Source of the DNA: Mustelus asterias
Taxonomy: Eukaryota
Length of the DNA stretch: 64,000 bases
Direction of reading: 5' to 3'
Assembly: GCF_964213995.1 (NCBI RefSeq)
Contig: NC_135805.1
Coordinates: 81,654,001 to 81,718,000, forward strand
Positions 49,951-63,243 of this stretch are shown piece by piece. The notes beneath the pieces are model-generated. The model saw only the letters and a program-made list of their open reading frames with translations, was not told the DNA's origin and searched no databases. The stretch's first letter is position 1, and every line of letters starts with the position of its first letter. The position numbers and the translations under genes were made by a program.

Positions 49951-52900
49951 CTCTCACATTGCTTTCTCTTTCCCTCCAGCTTCTCAGCACTTTACATTTT
50001 CACTCTTTGCCTGGCCTGCTATATCCAATTTGTGAGGCAATCTGTGCTCATTGTGCTCTCTCTTGATCAGAATTTTAGGCCCAAGGTATCTGTTAAATAA
50101 GTGATGAGGAACAGTTATTTATGGAGAAATAATGGGTTGTGAGTATTAGCATAACTTGGCAATCACGGTTCACCATCATCATTAATATTATGCGGTTTAA
50201 ATAATTACAGAAAGTATTGTTGACCTTGAATAAACCATTTAGTAAGAATTTTTCCCATTGTTTCAACTTTATCCCACTAGGTTGATCTGAGGCGTCCTTC
50301 CTCAAACATAAAACATGTTTTAATATTATGTAAAGTTTTTACTGAAGCAGTTGCTTAGATAAATAATTCTCTCGATATGCTATCAGATTGATTACTTAAT
50401 TCACTATATTGCTATTTATGAGTTTGCAGCCCAATGCGCTTGTCATATTTTCCCATAGTTAGTAGTTTTCTACAATTACTTTTTTCAATATATGATCATT
50501 TCAGTGTGTGCCACTGAGGTAAGTACTTTTAATGTGAAATACATGCCTCTTCATGTCATAAATCACCTGTGCTATCTACTCCCAATCTCTATCCAGTAAC
50601 TATCCAGGCAGAGAAAAAACATAAAGTTCTGAGGTAACCCCCACCATTACCAAATAGGCAGCTGATGCTTCCACTGGGGTGATGTTTTGAAAGCATTCTA
50701 GCAGTGTGGAGTGTTGTCCACTGGGATCACATATCATACTACTCCTGAAGGATGGTACTTGGTTAATGTTTATAATGTATAGCATGTATAATCCATCAGC
50801 ATTTACATAGCAAATCTATAAAACAACAAAAATTAAGCCATTGAGTCAACTCTAAAAGATTTGTAGTGGAGTTGACCATTTTTTATCCCAGTAGACTGCA
50901 TCAGTCTTTTTCACTCAGTTGCGATGGTGTGAACCATTATCGCTCAAACTCCTACCCTGCTATTAATGCAGCCAAGAGGCCAGCCCTGTAAGCCAGGGCT
51001 AGTGCGCAGTTAAATTTCCTCCATCTGGCATTACCCTTAATTATTTGACAGTCTCACCAAAAGCTAATGAAATTATACCCAGAAAAAACAGGGCCTCTGA
51101 ATTAAAATGTTGTGTTCTCCTGCTTCAGCTACTGAACCAAAGTTTTTAATTTGAGGGTTCTGTGGTGGAATGCATTGGCACTGGGTGCACTAAAACTGTG
51201 AATGAGCCCAGCGAGCCTTTGTTGTGCTTGTTTACTGGAAAATGAATCATTGCTTTGGGATGCTTGAGCATATATGTCACTCATTAAACTGTTTTAAAGA
51301 CTGCTGTTCCCACCAAGGTCATGTTTGCCATCAAATATAAGTGCCTCTGGGCCCATTAATAAATACCATTAGCAGACAGATTTCTATTTTAGGAGCATTG
51401 TGAACTTGTTGGTAAAGATCAATCCCTGTTAAATAAAGGAAAGGGGGTGTTTAAATTATTGGAGGGAGATTCTACATGCAATGCATTTGGAAATGAAAGG
51501 CTCCATAAAAATGAGACTTCTGTTCCCATTTGGCAATATGTCTAACAAAAATGCACTAATTTGCCAATTTCTCTGTTATGCCAAAGTATTGTTTGTTTAT
51601 TATACATGTTGCAAAAGGTTGTTTAATTGATTTTTGCCTTCAGTTAAAGGATAACTGTGTATAAATTTGCAAAATGGGCATATAATAGACAAATTAATTT
51701 CAATATAGGCAAGTGTGACGTGGAGCATTTTGAAAATGTTTGTTAGAATAGACATAGATAAGATGTTTCCACTTGTGGGGGAGATTAAAATTAGGGGCCA
51801 TAAATACAAGATGGCTTCTAATAAATCCAGTCAGGAAATGCAGGAGAACAGGGATCAGTTGGGGAGAATGAGCTATTTCTGCAATGTAATCTATGTTAAA
51901 AGAAAGATAGGGGGATGAATTTCCTCGAGGCTTCTCTCTTTGCTCTTCTAAAACTATGGTGGAAGTTGAATGGGAACCCAGGTTATGTTTGTAAATGGAG
52001 GCTTCTGCTGAAGTTATGGCTGTGCCACCTGTGATACTCTGAGGAAATTTGCTCTCAGATAGTCCAAAAATGTTTGAAATATCTAGTCCAGTCAGCTTGT
52101 ACCCACTATCAAGAAGTAGATAATGCCTGGAAGTTGTTTTGTGGGGGAGGGGGGAAATGTTGGGGAAATCGCAAACTATATTTACATCAGGCAACAGCCC
52201 AATTGCAAAGGGGATTTTGATTTTGGAATGTTGAGTTGCTGGCAGTAGACCTAGAGAGGATGCGAGTGCACATGCCACTCTCCAAACTGGATGCTTTTGC
52301 AGGCATCAGGCATGGATAGAGTAATTGAATTTCTAGGCCAAGGTTGAAATTAAGTATTGTTTTAAGAAGCCCATTCATGTTTCTAATGGAAAATGCCTGT
52401 GTAAACTTATCAAGCTTAATGTTTTTGGGAAATATCTCTTTAATGGTGTTTTCAGTGACAATGGATAGTACAATTTTAGGACACTCCATTACTGTTACTG
52501 TGGATAAATATTGGCCCAAAATGGGTCGTGGCTAGGCAACAAATGGCACCTGCTGTTTATTCAATTTGCCCTTGATCATTTAATGTTAATGATATTTTGC
52601 TCTGCAAGTTGTTGGAAGTGTGAAATGGAAATAGGGCATTTCAGTGAGCCATGCCATCAATATATTGCCTGGGGGATTGTGAAATTAACGGTGTGAAAAG
52701 TGAGAAGCAAATGTAAATTATGGTGGCTAATTCAATATCAGATTTTGTACAGAAGAAAAATAGAGAGGGAGCAAAATATTTGATGTAAAGAGAGAGAAAA
52801 AGAATCAGAGAAAAAATTTAAAACATCAATTTTACACTTAAATAAATCTTGTGCAAATATACAAACCTTAAAGAATAAGACTCCACCTTTGTATTAGTTA

Positions 52901-53056
52901 ATTTTCAGTGCCAGAGAGGTTGAATAGCAGTAAATAACCGCATCATTAAAAAGGTACTTGGGCTGGAAATGATGCAACTTTTTTTTGGCAAGTTTAAGTT
53001 CTATCTGCCTCGTAAATAAAGTAACTTCATGCCAGCCAATGTATTTGAATGTGGAG

Positions 53057-53194
53057 TAAGAAGTCTCACAACACCAGGTTAAAGTCCAACAGGTTTATTT
53101 GGTATTTGCTACCAAATAAACCTGTTGGACTTTAACCTGGTGTTGTGAGACTTCTTACTGTGCTTACCCCAGTCCAACGCCGGCATCTCCACAT
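53057..53194. mobile_element. Penelope-type fold-back terminal fragment
   Basis: Perfect 50-bp inverted arms 53055-53104 / 53110-53159; 13-bp TSD TTTGAATGTGGAG (53044-53056, 53195-53207). Confidence 0.8.
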
Positions 53195-55769
53195 TTTGAA
53201 TGTGGAGCCAGGCAGTGAGATGCCATTTTTGTGAAACTAATTGCAGACCAGTGTAACTCTGACTACAACTATTGGATTTCTGCATTTGTCCTCACCTGAA
53301 GTTGTTGTGACATTTATAGAAGAATAATGGCAAGCATAATTAGCCTCACTGTTATTTTGACAGCAAACATTGAATCCACCTAATGACCTTTTGTTATTTA
53401 AAGACGATTTCATGAAAACATTCCAATTACAGATAGCATTTATTAACCATTATCCTCGTCCAGAATTTTGCAATCAGCATTTAGAAATTAAATTTAACAA
53501 TACTTGGGTTCTTAGTTAAAAACGTAGTTGAATCAGAGTAATTGCTAATGAAGCCTTCTTTACAAGTTTGGGAGAGACATAAGAATAATTGTTTTTTCAC
53601 TTTTAATCTTCTCCACTCATTATCCTATTGATTCAGATGGACTTGAAATTTTGAAGCATCCTCTCCTGACATCTGACTTGTAAAATCAAGCACGCAATGT
53701 TCAAATTCTTCATCAATGGTATCATTTGCCGACAAAATGGCCGAGCTGAATGGTCTTTATGTTACTGCTGCCATTTGATCCTTTACACAAGTCCAAAAGC
53801 TAACCTTCTAGATTTGACTTCTTTATGCAAAAATGTAATTGTCTGAGATAAAACAAATTCAGCTTTGTATCTGACTTGAAAATGTGTCGTTGGGCTCATT
53901 TTCTGTCTTTGCTGTGCTGGAGAGATTGCTTCATCCATTTAGGACTTGGGAGTGACTCTCTCCTGGAATATGATAACAAGACTTGGGGGTTAAAATAACA
54001 CAAGCTTCACGCCAGCTTGGCCGAGTGTTGCTCTTCCCACTCTCTCCCCCAGCTCCCCCCTCACAACCCGAGTTAAAATTGGGGCCTCCATATTTTGTGA
54101 AGTATAACTCACCTTCACCTTTTTGAATAGGAAAACAGTAACACAGTCTCATGCATATCATATAAGCTGTGTTATTTAAAATTGACCCTTAATTTCTGCC
54201 AATAAAATATAGTTCCTTCCAAAAGGAAATTTACTGTTCCTATCTTGTAATAATGAGCTATTTTCATGCCAATTTGACTGCATTTCCCACTGTGTTTTGA
54301 AGAAATGCCCAATATAGCTGGTTCATGATCTGAAAGAGTAATTACATCAGTTGAGGAGTCTAAAGCTTAACAGTACTTAATCTTTGTACCTACATTATGT
54401 AGAAGAAAATAGATAACAATGTGAAGATAAATTTCAATGCTGTGCATTGCTGTGCTAAGCATTGCAGAATTAGAGTTGTTATCTTTCAGATAAAGACAGT
54501 GAGGATCATTTTAACCATCAAAAAGGCGTGGGCCTGGGTCAGGTGGGAAGTTAAAATGTTGAATATCTGAAGCAGGAACGAAACTTGCCTTGAATCCATC
54601 CAATTCTGGTTTCAACAGAGGCTGGATGGCGATGGGTGCTGGGTAACCAATCTGCTCCGTGGAGGGGTGTCAATTGCTGAAACCTTAGAAGGAGCCTGGG
54701 TATCTTGTAACAGGATTCCTATTTTGTTGGCCAGATTTTCCAGAACTTGGGAAAACTGACAGGTAGAATGAGATGAGAAGGCCCGAGTCCATCAGGCGAG
54801 TGCCTTTCTCTCTGGCCTCTGACTGAGGAGCCGAGATGCTTCATGCTGATCTAACAATCTATGTGTAAACGATCTATGTGTAAACAACCCCTCCCCTAGC
54901 TCCACAATCTCCCATCACTGTCCAATCCCCCATCACCCCCAATTTCCCATCCTCTTTGATCTCAATCTGACCCCTCACAATCTTCAACACCCTCCCCCCA
55001 CGGTCACCTGACCCTCTCAACCATACTTTACCCACAATTCACTGAACACCCATAAAGTCGACCAAAAAAAATCTGACTGCATCTGCGGAGAGAGAACAGA
55101 GCTAGCATTTCGAGTCGGGATGCCCCTTGAAGAGTCTCTCTCCACAGATGCTTTCAGGCCTGCTAAGATTTTCCAGCATTTTCTGTTTGTTTCAGATTCC
55201 AGTATCCACAGTAATTTGCTTTTAATGAACTCAAATCTTTGCAACCACTAAACATACCTTGGGGGGGGGGGGGGGGGGGGGGGGGCGCAGGAATCATAGC
55301 GGGTGATGGGCGGTCCATGCAAGGGTCCATTGACCTCGGACAAGATTTTCCGGTTTTGGGGAGAGCGTGGCTGTAAAATCCTGCCCTTGATCTTTGACTA
55401 TGGCCTTTCCTGGAGTCTGATTCCCACCTCCCTCAACCCAAATAACAGCAAAACCTGCTAATCTGGTTGGCTTCCAGGCAGGGCATCTGTTTTTTCAAAC
55501 ATGCACTCTCTGGAGTTAAATGTTGATGGCATATGAAGGGACCTGGGCTTTTGGGTTTCTTGATCATCAATGTCTCTCACCCAATTCCAAAACGCTGCCC
55601 CAAAATATTGGGACCATTAAATCAAGGTCTCAGCTTCAAGCCTGTTCAGGTGTATGTAAAAGAATCCGAGGCACTATCCAAGGGGAGTTCTTCCAGCATG
55701 CTGGCTAACATTTATTTCCCAACTAATAACATAAGAAAGGATGGATCAACTGTCTTTCAAAGTTTAAAG

Positions 55770-56046
55770 ATTAAAGTAAAGTTTTAAAAGTTAAAGTTTA
55801 TTTATTAGTCACAAGTAAGCCTTACATTAACACTGCAATTAAGTTACGGTGAAATTCCCCAAGTCGCCACACTCCGGTGCCTGTTCAGGTCAATGCACCT
55901 AACCAACACGTCTTTCAGACTGTGGGAGGAAATTGGAGCACCCGGAGGAAACCCATGCAGGCACGGGGAGAACGTGCAAACTCCACACTCACAGTGACCC
56001 AAGCCCTGGCGCTGTGAGGCAGCAGTGATAATCACTGTGCCACCCC
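55770..56046 (-). mobile_element. V-SINE with non-CR1 tail
   Basis: Same structure and tail as 34450-34745. Confidence 0.8.
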
Positions 56047-56199
56047 TACTTTCATCTCATTTTCTGTGTATGCAACCTCATTTTGTATGAATTGGCTGCT
56101 ATATCTGCCTATGGATTAACAGTGACTACATTTCAATTATAATCCATTGGCTGTGAAGTGCTTGGGAACATCCTTAGGATATCTATATGCTCCTTGTTG

Positions 56200-56885
56200 C
56201 ACACACAGGATTGGGAAATTAACCCTGTACAAAACATTTATCAAGCCACAGTTGAAATATTGGGCTGAATTTTCCTCTATTAATTTAATTGGAACAGGGT
56301 TGTGGGAGTTGAAGCCCAAGCTAGTTGCTACGAGAAACACCCAGCCCATTGTGTCCACACTGGACTCCTTACTTGGGGAAGTATATCGAGACCATGGAAA
56401 TGTTTCAGAAAGGATACATTAAAATGATGTGAGAGGCTTTAATTATGAGGTCATACCAGAGAAACCGAGGTTGTTTTGTTTTAAACAATAAGAGATACAA
56501 TAAAAGTATTCAAAATTATAAAATAAATTCATATATCAATTTTGGAAAAAACTACATCCAATGGTCAGAGAGTCAGTAACTTATCAGCATAAATTTAAGG
56601 TTGTCACCAAAAGATTGTAGGAAGAATGGATGGAGAAGGAGAATGCTCTTTTACACAGAGAATTGTTCAATTTTGAAAAGCCCAGCACAGCGGTGGAAGT
56701 ACAATCCATAAAAGCTTGTAAAAGGAAGTAGATAAATATTTGAAAAGGAATATTTTAAGAGGGAACAGTGAAAGGGCAGGGGATTGAAATCAAGTGGAAA
56801 ACTCTTGCAGAGCGATGGTACAGGCACAATAGGCCACAATAGGCCAAATGGCCTCCTCCTGTGCTTCTATGATTCTATTCTATGA
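56200..56885 (+). mobile_element. Old CR1 3' fragment(s)
   Basis: LYKTFIKPQLKYW, FTQRIVQF; tail CTTCTATGATTCTATTCTATGA. Confidence 0.6.
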
Positions 56886-57755
56886 TTTGCTCACATTTCT
56901 GATATAAAATTAATGCCATGGCCAACTCAGGCTTTTATTATCATGTTGGGAGTCAGTCAGCTTGCGGATATGTGATATTTAGTAAACTAAAGTCATGTCC
57001 TTTATTTCAAAAGTTTACAGTACAGTGATTTAATCCATAATTAGTTTTTTTTAAGCTTCCCCTCCAGGGATGTAAAGCAAACAATTTAGACCAATGTTGA
57101 TTCTCAGTGACACTTTTATTTACAAACTTACAGTTTGCAGGTGGTTGTAATTTTTTATAGCACCTTTGCACACAGTCGTCTGGCACGCTCAGTGCAGATG
57201 GCTACAGAACATTCCTAATAATTGCACAGTCCTGAGGAATTTATTCATCTCATTGGAAAAGCTTTTCCACAGCTCTCTAAAATAATCTGAACTGATAACT
57301 GGATAGGTAGATCTGGCCAAGTAATCTTAATGTTAATGAAAGTTCCTTCTTGAGACATTTTTACCCCAGAAATCTGCCAAGGTTGGTGGGATCAGAGTGC
57401 ATGTTCTTTCATTAACATGCTAAAGTGGGCACCTGGACCATGTAAGGCACATCAAAGATACCTGTCATGAGCAAAACCTCAGAAAGTCAGGCAGAAGTGT
57501 TTGGGCTTCAGGACGGAGAGGAAAGCTAGCTCACTCCACTAGGAACACGATAATCGGCAGCCGCACCTTATAACTGGTCTCCGTAATAATTATTTCCCAA
57601 AAATAACACCCCCTTTAGAGGTTCTGCTTCTGCCACTGTCAACCATATGCCTAGTTTCTGGCCATCCTGCTGCACCCTTCTATTGTTAAGTCAGGCATAC
57701 GTCAGACCTACTGATGTTATCAGCCATTTGAAAATTTCAGTATGCCTTCTGATGT

Positions 57756-60659
57756 TTGAGGGGAAATGAGGGGACTGAGAGCGAGGAGGTTAGCTCGCAA
57801 ATAGATAAGGAATGTAGACAGGGTAAGAGGGAGGTTAGACGAGTGATGGAGAAGGGAAGTGCTCAGGCTGAAGGTCTGAGATGTGTCTATTTTAATGCCA
57901 GGAGTGTAGTGAATAAAGTGGATGAGCTTAGAGCGTGGATTGCTGCTTCGAATTGTGATGTGGTGGCCATTACGGAGACTTGGATGTCTCAGGGACAGGA
58001 CTGGGTGCTTCAGGTGCCGGGTTTTAGATGTTTCAGGAAGGACAGGGAGGGAGGCAAGAGAGGGGGGGGAGTGGCACTGTTGATCAGGGATAGTGTCACG
58101 GCTGTAGAGAAGGTGGACGCCGTGGAGGGATTGACTACGGAGTCTCTGTGGGTGGAGGTTAGGAACAGGAAGGGGTCGGTAACTTTGCTGGGTGTTTTCT
58201 ATAGGCCGCCCAATAGTAACAGAGATGTTGAGGAGCAGATGGGGAAACAGATCCTGGAGAGATGTAGGAATAACAGAGTTGTCGTGATGGGAGATTTTAA
58301 TTTCCCAAACATAGATTGGAATATCCCTAGGGCTAGGGGTTTGGATGGAGAGGAGTTTGTTAGGTGTGTCCAGGAGAGTTTCCTGACACAGTATGTGGAT
58401 AAGCCTACTAGAGGAGAGGCTGTACTTGATCTGGTGCTGGCTAATGAACCTGGACAGGTGGAGGATCTCTCGGTGGGTGAGCATCTTGGGGATAGCGATC
58501 ATAATTCTATCTCTTTCACGATAGCATTGGAAAGAGATAGGATCAGGCAGGCTAGGAAAGTGTTTCTCTGGAGTAAAGGGAAATACAGTGTCATCAGGGA
58601 GGAAATTAGACGGGTAAATTGGAAGGAGGCATTCTTGGGGAAAAGTACCGAAGGAAAGTGGAGGATTTTCAAGGAATGTTTGTCTGGAGCTCTGCATGAC
58701 AACGTTCCGATGAGACAGGGGGTTGTTGGTAGGGTACGGGAACCGTGGTGCACGAAGGTTGTGATGAACCTGGTGAATAAGAAAAGAGAGGCGTACAGAA
58801 GGTTCAGAGAGCTAGGAGGTGTTAAGGATTTAGAGGAGTATACGGGATGTAGGAAGGAGCTTAAGAAGGAAATTAGGAGAGCGAGAAGGGGTCATGAGAA
58901 GACCTTGGCGGGTAAGATTAAGGAGAATCCCAAGGCTTTCTACAAATATGTCAAGAGTAAAAGGATGAGATGTGAAGGCATAGGACCCTTAAAAGGTGAA
59001 GGGGGAAAAGTTTGTGCGGAACCGTTAGAAATGGCGGAGGTGCTTAATGAATACTTTACCTCGGTATTCACGGTGGAAAGGGATCTGGGTGGTTGTACTG
59101 CTGGTTTGTGGTGGACAGAAAGGATCGAGCATGTGGACATAAAGAAAGAGGATGTGTTGGAACTATTGAATGGCATCAAGGTTGGTAAGTCGCCGGGACC
59201 GGATGGGATGTACCCCAGGTTACTGTGGGAGGCGAGGGAGGAGATTGCGGAGCCTTTGGCGATGATCTTTGCATCGTCGATGGAGACGGGAGAGGTTCCG
59301 GAGGATTGGAGGATTGCAGATGTGGTCCCTATATTCAAGAAAGGGAACAGGGACAGCCCGGGAAATTACCGACCGGTGAGTCTAACCTCAGTGGTTGGTA
59401 AGTTGATGGAGAGGATCCTGAGAGACAGGATTTATGATCATCTAGAGAAGTTTAGTATGATCAAAAGTAGTCAGCACGGCTTTGTCAAGGGCAGGTCGTG
59501 CCTTACGAGCCTGGTTGAGTTCTTTGAAAATGTGACCAAACACATTGACGAAGGAAGAGCGGTGGATGTGGTCTATATGGACTTCAGCAAGGCGTTCGAT
59601 AAGGTCCCCCATGCAAGACTTCTTGAGAAAGTGAGAGGGCATGGGATCCAAGGGGCTGTTGCCTTGTGGATCCAGAACTGGCTTGCCTGCAGAAGGCAGA
59701 GAGTGGCTGTGGAGGGGTCTTTCTCTGCATGGAGGTCAGTGACCAGTGGAGTGCCCCAGGGATCTGTTCTGGGACCCTTGCTGTTTGTCATTTTCATAAA
59801 TGACCTGGATGAGGAAGTGGAGGGATGGGTTGGTAAGTTTGCTGACGACACCAAGGTAGGTGGTGTTGTGGATAGTTTGGAGGGATGTCAGAAGTTGCAG
59901 CGAGACATAGATAGAATGCAAGACTGGGCGGAGAAGTGGCAGATGGACTTCAACCCGGATAAGTGTGTAGTGATCCATTTTGGCAGATCCAATGGGATGA
60001 AGCAGCAGTATAATATGAAGGGTACCATTCTTAGCAGTGTAGAGGATCAGAAGGACCTTGGGGTCCGGGTCCATAGGACTCTTAAATCGGCCTCGCAGGT
60101 GGAGGATGCGGTCAAGAAGGCGTACGGCGTACTAGCCTTCATTAATCAAGGGATTGAGTTTAGGAGTCGAGAGATAATGCTGCAGCTTTATAGGACCCTG
60201 GTTAGACCCCACTTGGAGTACTGCGCGCAGTTCTGGTCACCTCATTACAGGAAAGATGTTGAAGCCATTGAAAGGGTGCAGAGGAGATTTACAAGGATGT
60301 TGCCTGGATTGGGGGGCATGCCTTATGAGGATAGGTTGAGGGAGCTTGGTCTCTTCTCCCTGGAGAGACGAAGGATGAGAGGTGACCTGATAGAGGTTTA
60401 CAAGATGTTGAGAGGTCTGGATAGGGTAGACTCTCAGAGGCTATTTCCAAGGGCTGAAATGGTTGCTACAAGAGGACACAGGTTTAAGGTGCTGGGGGGT
60501 AGGTACAGAGGAGATGTCAGGGGTAAGTTTTTCACTCAGAGGGTGGTGGGTGAGTGGAATCGGCTGACGTCGGTGGTGATGGAGGCAAACTCGTTGGGGT
60601 CTTTTAAGAGACTTCTGGATGAGTACATGGGATTTAATGGGATTGAGGGCTATAGATAG
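57756..60659 (+). CDS. CR1 ORF2 endonuclease/reverse transcriptase (first ATG at 57846)
   Basis: 967 codons without a stop; FNARS, GDFN, SDH, DFSKAFD, PQGSVLGP and KFADD motifs present. Confidence 0.92.
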   Translation: MRGNEGTESEEVSSQIDKECRQGKREVRRVMEKGSAQAEGLRCVYFNARSVVNKVDELRAWIAASNCDVVAITETWMSQGQDWVLQVPGFRCFRKDREGGKRGGGVALLIRDSVTAVEKVDAVEGLTTESLWVEVRNRKGSVTLLGVFYRPPNSNRDVEEQMGKQILERCRNNRVVVMGDFNFPNIDWNIPRARGLDGEEFVRCVQESFLTQYVDKPTRGEAVLDLVLANEPGQVEDLSVGEHLGDSDHNSISFTIALERDRIRQARKVFLWSKGKYSVIREEIRRVNWKEAFLGKSTEGKWRIFKECLSGALHDNVPMRQGVVGRVREPWCTKVVMNLVNKKREAYRRFRELGGVKDLEEYTGCRKELKKEIRRARRGHEKTLAGKIKENPKAFYKYVKSKRMRCEGIGPLKGEGGKVCAEPLEMAEVLNEYFTSVFTVERDLGGCTAGLWWTERIEHVDIKKEDVLELLNGIKVGKSPGPDGMYPRLLWEAREEIAEPLAMIFASSMETGEVPEDWRIADVVPIFKKGNRDSPGNYRPVSLTSVVGKLMERILRDRIYDHLEKFSMIKSSQHGFVKGRSCLTSLVEFFENVTKHIDEGRAVDVVYMDFSKAFDKVPHARLLEKVRGHGIQGAVALWIQNWLACRRQRVAVEGSFSAWRSVTSGVPQGSVLGPLLFVIFINDLDEEVEGWVGKFADDTKVGGVVDSLEGCQKLQRDIDRMQDWAEKWQMDFNPDKCVVIHFGRSNGMKQQYNMKGTILSSVEDQKDLGVRVHRTLKSASQVEDAVKKAYGVLAFINQGIEFRSREIMLQLYRTLVRPHLEYCAQFWSPHYRKDVEAIERVQRRFTRMLPGLGGMPYEDRLRELGLFSLERRRMRGDLIEVYKMLRGLDRVDSQRLFPRAEMVATRGHRFKVLGGRYRGDVRGKFFTQRVVGEWNRLTSVVMEANSLGSFKRLLDEYMGFNGIEGYR

Positions 60660-60746
60660 GCCTAGAGGTAGTGATATGATCAGCGCAACTTGTGGGCCGA
60701 AGGGCCTGTTTGTGCTGTGGCTTTCTATGTTCTATGTTCTATGTTC
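57756..60746 (+). mobile_element. 5'-truncated CR1 (subfamily A-like) with intact ORF2
   Basis: Begins close to the ORF2 start with no ORF1; (TTCTATG)3 tail at about 60723-60746. Confidence 0.94.
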
Positions 60747-60957
60747 AAATAGAAGATTTAAATCCAACATTTTTCATAAGATATCAAATGCTTTATCATA
60801 TCTACATCTTTGTATTCAAGAGTGTCTCATAGGAAGAGATCATTCCAATGCTAATGTCAGGCAACCATCACTTACTTTCCTCAGTTATCCAAGGGTCCCT
60901 AGTAACCTCACTGTAACCTGACCACCATTGACATAGAGCTGGATGAGCTGATCCTTT

Positions 60958-61094
60958 GGCCGAAATTCTCCTGTCTCGCCTGCCTCGGGAATCGTAACAG
61001 GTGAGACAAAAAATCCAGCTGACAATTTAAAGTTCCATTGAGGTCGGGCAGGAGCTTCCAGTCTTGGCGGGTGCGCAGCTGGAGAATCCCACCC
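60958..61094. mobile_element. Short MITE
   Basis: Imperfect TIRs GGCCGAAATTCTCC...GGAGAATCCCACCC; similar ends at about 18125-18270 and 21950-22100. Confidence 0.5.
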
Positions 61095-61458
61095 ATACTC
61101 TCCATAACTTGCCTGCTTCATGGAAATCATGCTCTTTCCGAGAATCGAATCTCTTTTGGAGAGTCGGTGCAGACATGGTGGGCCAAATGGCCGCCTCCTG
61201 CACTGTAGGATTTCTATGGTTCTATGCCTGACGTCCAATATCAGTGATACCTTGGGTCTTGCCATTCTCACTCAAAGATTGTACCCTGTGTCATGTATAC
61301 ATGCACAGAAATGGACATGCCTGAATTTCTATGCCACTGAGATGATCTATAAGATTGGCAGAGAAAACTGAAGAAGTTGCTGCAGATCTTGGAGACAGTG
61401 GGTGGATTCTGATTCCACACTTGCTGGTTCGCATGTCTGGCTGTGTGAATTCCAGGAT

Positions 61459-61638
61459 GTGGAGATGCCGGCGTTGGACTGGGGTGAACACAGTAAGAGT
61501 TTTAACAACACCAGGTTAAAGTCCAACAGGTTTATTTGGTAGCAAATACGATTAGCTTTCGGAGCGCTAGGAGCAGCGCTCCGAAAGCTAATGGTATTTG
61601 CTACCAAATAAACCTGTTGGACTTTAACCTGGTGTTGT
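61459..61638. mobile_element. Penelope-type fold-back terminal fragment
   Basis: About 65-bp inverted arms meeting inside hammerhead stem II (AGCTTTCGGAGCGCT|AGGAGCAGCGCTCCGAAAGCT); 13-bp TSD TGAATTCCAGGAT (61446-61458, 61639-61651). Confidence 0.8.
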
Positions 61639-62864
61639 TGAATTCCAGGATAGCAGGCAGGTTCCTGATTAGGCTTGCCACCAGGCACTGCTACTGTGGG
61701 AGGGGATTGTGAAGGCAACTCCATTTTGAGATTCCCTCGGAAAACTTTTAAACTTGTAAAAATTATCTGATGAGGGCCAAGTGTAGGTGGTCTCATGGAC
61801 TCCACACACCTGCTGGGCTTTGGCCTCAGTAGGGGCCCTCCAAGTATTAGGAAGATCCCAGCTGTTAGAATAGCTGTTTGGATTCTCAGCCCAGTATACA
61901 AAATGAGGCTGACAGCTTGGACAGCGATTACAATATAAGAACACCTGTGCTCCAGAGGAAATATTTTGTTTGATTGACAATTCTGTTTTCAAACAGGCAA
62001 AAGTTATTGATGATTACTTTTTCTTACACATTCCATAAAATACTATGGTGTTCATTGATTCTAGAAAGTGCACAGAAGGTCAAGAGGCATGGAAGTTCCA
62101 GAGTTTGGCATAGGGATCATGAGGGTATATAGGGGCAGATTGGGTAGAGGGACATCGGAGTATGAAAGGCCCGAGTGGATGGGTGGAAGGGAAGCACTTG
62201 GCATAGTGGGGCATGAGGGAATGTAGAGGTTGATGGGGGCATGAGGTGGTATTGATGGGAAATGTTTGGAGGAGGAAGAGGAGGTGAAGGATGAGGGTTG
62301 GAGCACCTTTACGTTTTTTCTTTTCATTGGAATAAGGTCCCACATCATTGAGGCAGGGCTTTTAAGCAGCCCAACTCCGCACCAGGCAGCTCCTGCGCTT
62401 GACTGCACACTCCTTCGTGGATCAGCCGGCCCAGTTCCAGCTCACAATGAAGATCCCGCCTTTGCAGGCACTTTCCCTTGAGGTGGCACCCCCCCACCCC
62501 CTCCCCCCCCCCGGCTCCGTCTCGAGGATGAAAATCCAAGTCATGATGTCTGCCATGTAACAGGTCCTATCCCATGACTCGTGCTGTTAAAAGGAAAATT
62601 GTTTCAGAGTTGAAAGTCACAAGAGTGGGCTATGGGAATACCTCAGTAGAACTCATTGCTTGTTGACCTGAAAAAAGTGACCTTTCCACAAAGAATGTAA
62701 GTATGGGTATCTGCACAGCTTCCTATTGATTTGAAGCAAAATTCTTCAGTATTTCAGGCTAGTCTCAACTGATTTGTTGGCTCACCGACTTTACCCACAA
62801 GAATCAAAACTTCAAATAATAGTTGCAATTTTATAAAAGAGGCACTGCCTTCAGGAATAAGCTC

Positions 62865-63243
62865 TGTTGTGTAGTGGTTATGGTACTAGAATAGCAATCT
62901 ATTAGATATGTTCAACTCCCACAATGCCAAGTTATAACATTGAATTTAATTAATCTAGCAATTTCTGGTCTGCCACCGAGAAAGCATGACCACAAAAGCT
63001 GGCAGGTTGTTCAAAAACTGTTTCTGCGGGGAAGGGAAATGACAACTCCGGCCAAATCTGCGTATGCAGTCCACAAAATGTGGTTTGTTTTTTAATATCC
63101 CTTGGAGCAGCCCATTAATGTACTGAGTTGTAAAAAGAGATCAGTATCAAGAAATAGGACCAACACTACTTTCTCAGCAACCAAAGGTAGATAATAAATG
63201 TGACCTTACCAGCATTTCCCACATCCTGAGAGCAAAACAAAAC
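62865..63243 (+). mobile_element. Old tRNA-headed SINE-like element
   Basis: A-box-like TGTAGTGG, B-box-like GTTCAACTCC; body similar to the reverse complement of 410-650, tail similar to the reverse complement of 1094-1165. Confidence 0.5.

Noticed and set aside
53055-53159. Perfect hairpin as a possible pre-miRNA or terminator
   Set aside because: Explained by the repeated fold-back insertion family with TSDs.
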